NCBI GenBank assembly: GCA_002371755.1 | Contig: DFGM01000105.1 | Coordinates: 19,349-76,752, forward strand | DNA length: 57,404 nt | Direction: 5' to 3' | DNA from: Verrucomicrobia bacterium UBA3750 | Lineage (GTDB): Bacteria > Verrucomicrobiota > Kiritimatiellia > RFP12 > UBA1067 | Shown: one piece after another, positions 28,832 through 37,500 of the stretch | Numbering within the stretch: the stretch's first letter is position 1 | How the letters are laid out: the number at the start of each line of letters is the position of its first letter | Translations under genes and position numbers: made by a program | The notes under the pieces: model-generated | Databases searched by the model: none | What the model saw: the letters and a program-made list of their open reading frames with translations, nothing else | Told to the model about the DNA's origin: nothing

Positions 28832-28861
28832 TTGCCAAGCGGGGGCGAAGTGTGGTATAAT
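28832..28861 (+). promoter_or_regulatory. sigma70-type promoter for the V-ATPase B gene (TTGCCA-18-TGGTATAAT)
   Basis: TTGCCA 28832-28837 and TGGTATAAT 28853-28861. A 29-nt leader with SD AAGGAAGG follows. Confidence 0.55.
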
Positions 28862-28890
28862 ACCGCCATATCATTCAAGGAAGGCCTAAA

Positions 28891-30192
28891 ATGTTCAACA
28901 ACAAGGTTTACCATAAAATCGACGCGCTCTCTGGAAGCGTCGCCACGCTCCGTGCGGAGGGTGTGAAATACAATGAAATCGCGGAAGTGGAATCGCGTGC
29001 GGGGACTTCGCTCGCCCAGGTAATCAAGCTGGATGGAGACAAGGTGACACTTCAGATTTTCGCAGGCGCGAGAGGCGTGGATACGGCGGCGCATGTGAGA
29101 TTTCTCGGCGAGACGATGAAGGTGCCGTATTCCGAGGCGCTCTTGGGCCGTGCGTTCACTGGCGCCGGCGTGCCGCGCGACGGGGGTCCGGCCATCGACG
29201 AGAACCCTTCGCCTATCGGCCAGCCTTCGGTGAATCCCGCAAAGCGTATCATGCCGCACGAGATGGTGCGCACCAACATCCCGATGATCGACCTCTTCAA
29301 CTCGCTCGTCAAGTCGCAGAAGCTCCCGATCTTCGCACGCGCCGGCGAACCGTACAATGAACTTCTCGCGCGCATCGCCTTGCAGGCCGATTCGGATGTC
29401 ATCGTCATTGGCGGCATGGGGCTTAAATATGACGAATACCTGAAGTTCCGCAACACGCTCGACCAGTCCGGCGCGCTGGCGAAGACTGTCATGTTCGTCC
29501 ACACTGCGGCCGATCCCACCGTGGAATGCATGCTCGTGCCGGATGTTTCGCTGGCCGTGGCCGAGAAGTTCGCCCTTTCCGGCAAAGATGTGCTTGTGCT
29601 GCTCACCGACATGACGAGTTTTGCCGATGCGATGAAGGAAATCGCCATTACCATGGAGCAGATTCCCTCCAACCGCGGCTATCCGGGCGACCTTTATTCG
29701 CAGCTCGCCTCGCGCTACGAGAAGGCGGTCGATTTCGACGGCGCCGGTTCCATCACCATCCTCGCCGTCACCACGATGCCTGGCGACGACGTCACGCACC
29801 CGGTGCCGGACAATACCGGCTACATTACGGAAGGGCAGTTCTATCTGCGCAACGGCCGCATCGAGCCGTTTGGCTCGCTTTCGCGTCTCAAACAGCAGGT
29901 GAACAAGAACACCCGCAAGGACCATCGCACCGTGATGGACGCCATGATCAAGTTGTATGCGCAGTACAAGGAGACGGTGGAAAAGCAGTCCATGGGATTC
30001 AAGATGTCTGCATGGGATACGAAACTCCTCAAGTATGGCGTGCAGTTCGAGAAGGAGATGATGGATCTTTCCGTCAACATTCCTCTCGAAGAGGCGCTCG
30101 ATCTTGGCTGGAAGATACTTGCCGAAAACTTCGAGCGCGACGAGGTGGGCATTCCCACCAAGCTCACAAACGAGTTCTGGCCCAAGGCTTGA
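28891..30192 (+). CDS. ntpB: V/A-type ATPase subunit B (non-catalytic), stand-alone
   Basis: 433 aa. [49 protein letters not shown] and [14 protein letters not shown] match B subunits of V/A-ATPases. No P-loop is seen at the position where catalytic A subunits carry GxxxxGKT. Confidence 0.85.
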   Translation: MFNNKVYHKIDALSGSVATLRAEGVKYNEIAEVESRAGTSLAQVIKLDGDKVTLQIFAGARGVDTAAHVRFLGETMKVPYSEALLGRAFTGAGVPRDGGPAIDENPSPIGQPSVNPAKRIMPHEMVRTNIPMIDLFNSLVKSQKLPIFARAGEPYNELLARIALQADSDVIVIGGMGLKYDEYLKFRNTLDQSGALAKTVMFVHTAADPTVECMLVPDVSLAVAEKFALSGKDVLVLLTDMTSFADAMKEIAITMEQIPSNRGYPGDLYSQLASRYEKAVDFDGAGSITILAVTTMPGDDVTHPVPDNTGYITEGQFYLRNGRIEPFGSLSRLKQQVNKNTRKDHRTVMDAMIKLYAQYKETVEKQSMGFKMSAWDTKLLKYGVQFEKEMMDLSVNIPLEEALDLGWKILAENFERDEVGIPTKLTNEFWPKA

Positions 30193-30330
30193 GACGCGAT
30201 AGATGAAAACCGCGGAATGGATTGGTTGCGACGGTGTGAATCCTGCGCCTGAACGCGCCATTCCCTGTAAGAGCAAGGCGGCAGTGGCTACCTGAAAATG
30301 CGCCAAAGGACTTTTTGAGGAAGACGAAAG

Positions 30331-31110
30331 ATGATAGGTTTCATAGGAGGAGGGAAGATGGCCGAGGGGATAATCTCGGCCATGGAAGACCCCGGCCGGG
30401 CGAGCGTGGTGGAACGCGACCCCGAAAGACGCCGCTATCTCGCGAAAAAGTATGGCGTTTGTGTCGCGAAGAGTCTGGAGGATCTTGCCTCGGAGGCGGA
30501 TATCATCTTCTTAGCGGTGCGTCCGCAGGATGTTGCGGATATTGCCGCAGTGACGAGGGGGCTTTTCGTCAGCCGCCACACGATTGTCTCGATAGTCGCC
30601 GGGAAGAAGTTAGGCGAGCTGAGGAAGGTGTTTGGTGAAGATCCTTGCCTGGTGAGGGTGATGCCTAACCTGTGCCTCAGGGCGAAGGCGGGAATGTGCG
30701 CGATTTGCGCAGGCGAGGGTGTAAAACGCAAACATTTGGATGCAATCATCGCTATTCTTGGCGGTGCGGGCGAGACAATCGAGCTCGACGAGCGTCATTT
30801 CGACGCCGTGACGGCGCTTTCGGGGTCGGGCCCAGCCTATTTTGCCTACATGGAGAAAGCCATGGCCGAAGCGGGCGTCAAGCTGGGGCTGCCTCCGGAA
30901 GCGGCGAGACTTCTCGCCGGGCAGACTATGTACGGCACGGCGAAGTTTTTGCGCGAGAGCGGTGTCGATCTTGGCGAGTTCATTTCCGGCGTCGCCACGA
31001 AAGGCGGCACGACCGCGGCCGGCTTGGAAGTGCTCGAAAAGAGCGACTTCGGCGATGTCGTCGCAAGCACGCTTGCGGCAGCCGCGAAACGTTCGGAGGA
31101 ACTTGGATGA
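30331..31110 (+). CDS. proC: pyrroline-5-carboxylate reductase
   Basis: MIGFIGGGKMAEGI Rossmann motif and a C-terminal GGTTAAGLEVLE motif. Confidence 0.9.
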   Translation: MIGFIGGGKMAEGIISAMEDPGRASVVERDPERRRYLAKKYGVCVAKSLEDLASEADIIFLAVRPQDVADIAAVTRGLFVSRHTIVSIVAGKKLGELRKVFGEDPCLVRVMPNLCLRAKAGMCAICAGEGVKRKHLDAIIAILGGAGETIELDERHFDAVTALSGSGPAYFAYMEKAMAEAGVKLGLPPEAARLLAGQTMYGTAKFLRESGVDLGEFISGVATKGGTTAAGLEVLEKSDFGDVVASTLAAAAKRSEELG

Positions 31111-31802
31111 ATATCGGCATCTTCGGAGGGAGTTTCAATCCCGTCCATTCAGGCCACGTTGGAATTGCCGGGAAGGCGATATCGGAACTCTCGCTCGATA
31201 AGCTCTATGTTGTGCCGGCGGCGATGAATCCGTTCAAGGCTCAAGACGGCGAAAAGCCCGGCTCCTTCGATGCGGCGACGCGCCTGTTGCTGCTTCGCGC
31301 TGCATTCAACGGCAACGCCAAGGTGACGGTGGACGATCGCGAGCTCAAGAAAGGCGGCATATCCTACGCCGTCGATACCGTCGAAGAAATAGCCGCTGAA
31401 AATCCCGGCGCCGCCATAACGTTCATCGTTGGAGAAGATTCCGTCCCCGGCCTTCCTGATTGGAAAGATTACTCTCGCCTCAAGGAGCTTTGCGCGTTCA
31501 AGGCATATCCGCGCACGAAAGAATCATCCACGGAAATCCGCCGCAGGATAATGTCAGGCGAGGATCTGGGCGAACTTGTGCCGGAACAGGTGGGGCTTTT
31601 CATCAAGCACCGCGTCACGGAAAACCCGGATGCCAAACTGGCCGGTGCCGTTCGTGCGGGGCTTGTCAGGAAAGAAGGGTATTGTCCGTGCCGCCTGCCG
31701 AAGCTGCCGGAGTTTTTCTGTCCGTGCGAAGAGTTTCGCTCCCAATTGGCCGATGATGCATTCCACGGTCTTTGCCATTGCCGGCTCTACTTGAAACCAT
31801 GA
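31107..31802 (+). CDS. nadD: nicotinate-nucleotide adenylyltransferase fused to a C-terminal CPC/CPC/CHC module resembling the ferredoxin-thioredoxin reductase catalytic domain
   Basis: GGSFNPVHSGH (HxGH motif) and SSTEIRRRI (ISSTxxR motif). Tail: GYCPCRLPKLPEFFCPCEEFRSQLADDAFHGLCHCRLYLKP. ATGA overlap with the proC stop. Confidence 0.85.
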   Translation: MNIGIFGGSFNPVHSGHVGIAGKAISELSLDKLYVVPAAMNPFKAQDGEKPGSFDAATRLLLLRAAFNGNAKVTVDDRELKKGGISYAVDTVEEIAAENPGAAITFIVGEDSVPGLPDWKDYSRLKELCAFKAYPRTKESSTEIRRRIMSGEDLGELVPEQVGLFIKHRVTENPDAKLAGAVRAGLVRKEGYCPCRLPKLPEFFCPCEEFRSQLADDAFHGLCHCRLYLKP

Positions 31803-31873
31803 GCGAGTTGGCGAAAAAGCCGTTTGTCAGCATCCTGGTGCGCTTTTAATCCTTATTATATATAGTGCAACCC

Positions 31874-32827
31874 ATGGACAATTTCTTCATAGTCGCCAAA
31901 CAGGTTTGGATACTCTTCGCGCTCATTGGCGCGGGGGCACTTTGCAGAAAGACCCGGCTTGTCGACGAAAACTCGGTGAAGGGAATCGTGAACGTGCTCG
32001 TCATAGCCGTCACGCCTTGCCTCATCGTGCAGGTGTTTCAGCGTCCGTTCGAACCTGAAATGCTTCGCCAGCTTGGTCTGTCGTTCCTTGTCGCGATTCT
32101 TGCCCATATGACGATAATTGCGTTCTCCGGCCTTCTTGGGCGCAATTCCGGCGAAAAACGCATGCCCGTGGTGCGGCTGGCGATGGTGTTTTCCAATGCG
32201 GGGTTCATGGGGATACCGCTTGAACAGGCTATTTTGGGCGATAAAGGCGTATTTTTCGGCATAACATATGTGGCAGTGTTCAATCTCTTCATGTGGAGCT
32301 GGGGGTTGAAGACGATGCTGGGGAGCTCGTCAGGACGGGAAGGGCGCCAAGCCGTCATTCGCACGATGATAGTGAATCCCGGCACGGTGGGTCTGGCGAC
32401 GGGACTTACGCTCTTCCTTTTCTCGATACGTCTGCCTGAAGTAGTGGCAACCCCGGTATCCATGATGGCTTCCATGAACACACCCCTCGCGATGCTTGTC
32501 ATTGGCTACTACCTCGCCGGTGCGAAACTAGGACCCATCGCCCAAAGCCCCGAGGCGTATCTGGTCGCCTTCGTGCGCCTCGTTGCATATCCGCTTGCGC
32601 TTATCGCGTGCCTAATTCCGTTTAGAGGCATCTTCGAGCGCGACATGATGCTGGCGCTTGTCACTGCCGCTTCCGCTCCCGTTGCGGCAATGGTCGCAAT
32701 GTTTGCCGCGAAATACGGACGCGACGTCGATCTTTCCGTCGGCCTTGTAAGCGGCACCACGCTCCTGAGCATGCTCACCATGCCGGTCATAATCGCTTTG
32801 GCCATGAGCCTCATTCCCGCCATTTGA
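31874..32827 (+). CDS. AEC (auxin efflux carrier) family transporter
   Basis: About 10 TM helices in a two-halves architecture. MDNFFIVAKQVWILFALIGAGALCRK resembles AEC N-termini. An AT-rich TATATATAGT box ends 7 nt before the ATG. Confidence 0.75.
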   Translation: MDNFFIVAKQVWILFALIGAGALCRKTRLVDENSVKGIVNVLVIAVTPCLIVQVFQRPFEPEMLRQLGLSFLVAILAHMTIIAFSGLLGRNSGEKRMPVVRLAMVFSNAGFMGIPLEQAILGDKGVFFGITYVAVFNLFMWSWGLKTMLGSSSGREGRQAVIRTMIVNPGTVGLATGLTLFLFSIRLPEVVATPVSMMASMNTPLAMLVIGYYLAGAKLGPIAQSPEAYLVAFVRLVAYPLALIACLIPFRGIFERDMMLALVTAASAPVAAMVAMFAAKYGRDVDLSVGLVSGTTLLSMLTMPVIIALAMSLIPAI

Positions 32828-32919
32828 CGGGGGATGTCCGTAAAGAACCTGCGACGATGCCTGCTTCTTGCGCCCCTGCCGCCGCAAACGCCGCATCTCC
32901 CTATCGGCGCAAATGCGGG

Positions 32920-32949
32920 TTGTTATCCGAGGCGATAATATGGTAAAAT
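32920..32949 (+). promoter_or_regulatory. sigma70-type promoter for the GH16 gene (TTGTTA-18-TGGTAAAAT)
   Basis: TTGTTA 32920-32925 and ATAATATGGTAAAAT 32935-32949. Confidence 0.5.
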
Positions 32950-33073
32950 ACCCGGCATCCACACCTATTGGAATCCTATGGCATTCACTTTCAAACTACG
33001 GCAGGAGCGTCAAGACGGATGTGCAGCCATCCGGTTTGCGTCTCGGCACCGCGATTCTGGAGCACGCAATCAT

Positions 33074-33934
33074 ATGAAAATCGGTATGAAGAGATGGTTA
33101 TTTCTCAGTTTGGCGGCGTTGACTTTTTGCGTCCTGGCCGCGCCTGCGCGCACGAAACCACAGCCGCCGGACAAATGGCAGCTCAAGTTTACCGAAAACT
33201 TCAGCGGCAAGGAACTAAACCCAAAGCTGTGGAAGCGCATCGAAGGCAACCCAAACGGCGGCGCGGATTGGCAGAAAAACATCTCTACGCGGGAAGATCT
33301 CGTCGAGCTTGCCGGCGATTTTATTATCCTCAAAGGCGTAAAGAACCAAGACCCTGCATCAGATTCGCGCAGGGTTCTTTGCGGCGGAATATCCACCCGC
33401 GGCCTCTTTTCCATGAAGTATGGCAAGGTTGAGATTCGAGCGAAGCTTGAAGGGCAAAAGGGCGCATGGCCCGCCATTTGGATGATGCCGGATAAATCGC
33501 CAAACGGCTGGCCGAACGACGGCGAGATAGATATCCTCGAACGGCTGAACCATGATGGCTTCGTCTATCAGACCGTTCATTCCGCCTGGACTCAATCAAA
33601 CCCGCAAGATCCGCCGAAGATGGGCAAAGCCGCCATCAAGCCGGACGCATGGAATACATACGCACTGGAATGGACGCCGGAGAAAATCGTCTGGCGGGTG
33701 AACGGCAAGGCCACGCACTCGTATGCCAAAATTGGCGACAGCCGCGAACGCTGGCCGTGGGACGCTCCTTTCTACCTTATTATAGATATGCAGCTGGGCG
33801 GCAAATGGGTGGGCGAAGTCGATGAAACCACCCTGCCGGTGGCTATGAAAGTGGATTGGGTGAAGTTTTATTCCCTCGCCCGCGGCAGCAAACGCATCAG
33901 CGAATTCGCCCGCCCGGCCTCACGCGCAAATTAA
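33074..33934 (+). CDS. secreted GH16 glycoside hydrolase (beta-glucanase-like)
   Basis: Signal peptide MKIGMKRWLFLSLAALTFCVLAAPA. Catalytic motif GEIDILE (ExDxxE). Start moved from 32978 to ATG 33074, so the signal peptide is N-terminal. Confidence 0.85.
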   Translation: MKIGMKRWLFLSLAALTFCVLAAPARTKPQPPDKWQLKFTENFSGKELNPKLWKRIEGNPNGGADWQKNISTREDLVELAGDFIILKGVKNQDPASDSRRVLCGGISTRGLFSMKYGKVEIRAKLEGQKGAWPAIWMMPDKSPNGWPNDGEIDILERLNHDGFVYQTVHSAWTQSNPQDPPKMGKAAIKPDAWNTYALEWTPEKIVWRVNGKATHSYAKIGDSRERWPWDAPFYLIIDMQLGGKWVGEVDETTLPVAMKVDWVKFYSLARGSKRISEFARPASRAN

Positions 33935-33946
33935 CTACCCCAGTGT

Positions 33947-34075
33947 CCTACCGCCGCACCGTCGCATGGTAGGGCGGGCAGACCCTGCCCGCCGGGATGT
34001 CCGCACCGTCGCGTGGTAGGGCGGGCAGACCCCTGCCCGCCGGGATGTCCGTGCCGTCGCTGTGGTAGGGCATCA
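33947..34075 (+). repeat. REP-like cluster: about 48-bp tandem units carrying GGTAGGGCGGGCAGACC(C)CTGCCCGCC hairpins
   Basis: GGTAGGG recurs at 33968, 34015 and 34064. Hairpins GGCGGGCAG/CTGCCCGCC lie at 33973-33993 and 34020-34041. The same element occurs in inverted orientation at 41664-41692. Confidence 0.85.
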
Positions 34076-34079
34076 TTAC

Positions 34080-34233
34080 CCGATTACAATCAGTTGTTCA
34101 GCCGATTATAATCAGTTGCCAAACCGATTATAATCAGTTGCTCATCCGATTATAATCAGTTTCTCAACCGATTATAATCAGTTTCTCAACCGATTATAAT
34201 CAGTTGCTCAGCCGATTATAATCGGTTTGCAGG
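34080..34233. repeat. seven head-to-tail 22-bp repeats, each with the palindromic core GATTATAATC
   Basis: Units start at 34080, 34102, 34124, 34146, 34168, 34190 and 34212. The consensus is CCGATTATAATCAGTT plus 6 variable nt. There are no spacers. Confidence 0.95.
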
Positions 34234-34237
34234 GGGC

Positions 34238-34266
34238 ATTGTAGCATATTCCTTTTGGCGCGGCAA
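34238..34266 (-). promoter_or_regulatory. sigma70-type promoter firing leftward into the 22-bp array (TTGCCG-17-TGCTACAAT)
   Basis: Minus strand reads TTGCCG (34266-34261), a 17-nt spacer, then GGAATATGCTACAAT (34252-38). It matches the window-wide promoter motif. No coding ORF lies downstream. Confidence 0.5.
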
Positions 34267-34342
34267 GGGGCTTTTATGTGACAAACAGGTTTGCGCAGTT
34301 GAAAAGGATTCCGCCCTGCCCATTTCCCCTGAATTGCCCCCC

Positions 34343-34371
34343 TTGACGAGAGGGGATATAAATGCTAAAAT
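34343..34371 (+). promoter_or_regulatory. sigma70-type promoter for the giant gene (TTGACG-17-TGCTAAAAT)
   Basis: TTGACG 34343-34348, a 17-nt spacer, and TGCTAAAAT 34363-34371. A leader of about 140 nt precedes SD AAGGAG and ATG 34519. Confidence 0.55.
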
Positions 34372-34518
34372 GTTTGCGTAAACTTGGTAAAAGCCAATTG
34401 ATGGACGTGGCATGAAAGGTTCTTGTGGGGAGCTGAAGTTTCCTGCAGACTGGAAGTTGCCATGCATTCGACTTTGCGCATTGACCAACATAAAACCTCA
34501 AACAAGGAGTAAAGAGAG

Positions 34519-37500
34519 ATGAAACAACGAACTACACGAACATTGCTCCAGACTGTCGCGCTAGCAGGTGCGATGGCCGCGGGCACTACAGCGTTCGGCG
34601 ACTACGTCTACGAATGGGGCGATAGTGCGTCTGGCAATTGGTCTGATGCGGCCAATTGGAATTGCACAGATACATCGACAAATCCTTGGACTGTCGTAGA
34701 TCCTGCGGAAGTTCCAGAAGGTGCGGTATTCACCGAAAGGCGAATCCTGACTGACAAGACCGTAAACTTCACTACAGTTGTTGATGAAGGTCTTCCCGTC
34801 TTGGTTGCCAACGGAACAAACACTTTCACGGCTTCTGCATCCGAGGTTGAAGGCGTTGTAAACGGCATTGCCAATTCCTCCACCGTGCTGAACGTAGCCG
34901 CCCCCTGGTGGTACACCGGCAATTCCGTGTTGGTGCTTGCCAGCGGTAAGTATCAGTTCGGCGCTGTCAACGTCAATGTTGACGGAACTAATGGCGGCAC
35001 GGCCACTCTCACGCTCAATGGCGGCACGCTCTCCACGACCTCCGTCACCGGCACGGGCACGCTCGCAGTCGGCGAGAACGGCGGCACCTTCGACAACGCC
35101 GAAGCGGCCACAATCGCCACCGCCATCACTGGCTCTGGCACGTTGACCAAGACCGGCACTGGCACGCTCACCATCACTGGCAGCATCTCCGCCTTCATGG
35201 GCAAGATTGCCGTCGCGGCTGAAGCTGGCTCCGTCATCGTCGGCGACGTCACCATTGCCGCAGGCGAGGAAGTCCAGTTCGGCGTTTATACCTGGACTGG
35301 CGCAGGCACGGCTGTCGAGCCCGAAGAAGAGGGCGGCGAAACCACCTACACCGACACCGACCTCTGGTCGAACGTCAACAACTGGCTCGTCAACGGCTCT
35401 ATCCCCGCCACTCTGCCTGCCGATGACTCTGTAGTTTTGTTCCCTGCGGGCGATGACGTTACGGTCACGGTCACGGAAACAGGCGCACACACGGGCAAGA
35501 TGACAATTGAGCGCAATGTGACGCTTGTAGCAAAAAATGTTGCTGGCAGCAGAGACCTTTATCTCAATAGAATCAGCGGTACTGGCAAGTTGACTCTTCA
35601 GGGAGCCAGCAGTTCTCGCTATCTGCGCTTAGCATTAGGCGGAGATTATGTGATTGATACAGATCTTGAAGTCAAGAGCTACATTTATCTCTCCAATGGC
35701 AGCGCCAAAACGCTTGTCATCAATGGTGCGCTCAGCGGCAACGGCACAATTAGCTGCAATGGCAACAATGATGCTGGCATCGCGTTCTACGGTGACACGT
35801 CCGCATTCAGCGGCTCCTACACGGGCGGTATGCGCAACAACGGCAACCGCGACAACACGAAGTTCCGTGGCAACGCGCGCGGCAGCGCACTCGCCAGCTG
35901 GCACTTCTGCGGCTATGGCAACACACTCGCCACTCCTTTTGAAGTCGATGGCGTCACTTACCAGTTCGGCTCGCTTAATACTTATGCTGGCGAGTATAAG
36001 CGTCTGACGCTCGCGGGGCGCACTTCGACGACCATCGAAGTCGGCGCGAAGGGCGATTCCAACGTTGGCGGCACGCTCAGCAACAACGGCAACACTCTTC
36101 GTCAGGTCGGTGACAGCACGACGCTTAATCTTACGCTCACGGAAAACTACGGCACTGTCGAGGCAAAAGCCGGCACAGTCGTCATCTACGGCACTGTTGC
36201 TCCTGCCGCAGCCAAGTTCGCTGGCACTGGCGCGAAAATCAAAATTGCGCGTTCCAAGACGACCACGACAGTAGTTACGCCTGCGGTGGCCGACGGCCCT
36301 GAAACCGAAGAAGATGAGACGGTGGAAGAAGTCACGGAGACCACTACTACGACCTACATCCCCGCATCCTTCAAGCCTGGCTTCACCGACGCATTCGTTG
36401 GTTGCCAGTATGAAGTCACACAGGAAACAACCGACGGTGTCACATACGACGTTTACACGGTTCTGACGGACGTCGCTACGGACAGCGCAGGCACGACCTA
36501 CGACAGCGTTGCTCTCGCTATTGCAGCAATTGAAGCCGATAAGACAGGCACCCTGACGAAGGCCATCACACTCGCCAAGAGCACGGCTGAGGCCGTCGCG
36601 CTCCCGCTTGACTATACGCTCGCTCTCAATGGCAACACGGTCGGCTCCGTCACAGGCGTCGCCGGCGTCGCTGTTTCTTACAATGAAGAGACCGGCACCT
36701 GGACGACGGATGACAATTCTGAAGCGACCTGGCAGGGTGATGCCGCTGGTGCCGCCTGGGATAATCCCGAGAACTGGTCTTCGGGTTATGTGCCGGATGC
36801 AGGCACGGCCGTGACCTTCACCGGCAACGCCACCGTGTTCCTCTCAGGCAACAACACATATGACTGCGGCTCGATCTATATCAGCAGAGATAATGCGACT
36901 GTGACGTTCGCACCGGTTGACTACAATGAGAGTAACTGGCCGCGCGTGAAAGTCTATGGCAACATCGGTGCGCATGGCAACTGCGTACTCAAGCTCTATC
37001 GCTGCGGCATCGACAACGGCACGACTGAGCGCGTCACCGTCCGCCCGACGCTCCAGTTCTACAACACGACCGGCGACAGCTGGGTGACCGGAAACTTCCA
37101 GCTCCAGGCGAGCCTCGAGGGCACAGGCGAATTCCGCGTCTATAGCGGCACTCTCGACTTCGCGTCCGGCAGCGGCATCACCGTTAACGACGGCAGCACC
37201 GTCGATTTCCGCAACTACTACCCGACATTCGAGGGGCGCAGCGGCACGCTCTCCTCGACCGGCGTCAATGGCGATGGTCGTATCATAGTCCACGCGCTCC
37301 CGACCAGCTCTGCGCTCACCTACTTCCAGAATGCGTTCAAGAACGACGAACGCTGGTCTGGCACGTGCGAACTCGCTGGAATCAGCATCGGCAACATCGA
37401 TGCGGCAAACTACGGCAATGCCAACTCGAGCGTCTGCTTCAACGGCGTTTCGGGCTACCTGCGCTACAGCGCCAACTCCACAACCGAAGTCGGCAAGGTA

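Noticed and set aside
32978-33073. A 32-aa N-terminal extension of the GH16 protein, and similar track extensions at 48615, 30672, 50708, 15913, 14715, 23744, 49839 and 47614.
   Set aside because: The extensions precede obvious signal peptides or canonical N-termini. They overlap upstream genes or promoters. In each case a better start (with an SD or a 4-nt overlap) exists downstream.
34080-34233. Possible CRISPR array.
   Set aside because: The 22-bp units abut each other with no unique spacers. The variable part is only 6 nt. No cas genes are in the window.
34216-34586. Three small minus-strand ORFs (73-91 aa) in the region upstream of the giant gene.
   Set aside because: They overlap each other and the two predicted promoters. 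They have no SD and odd composition. The region is better explained as regulatory DNA plus the 5' leader of the giant gene.
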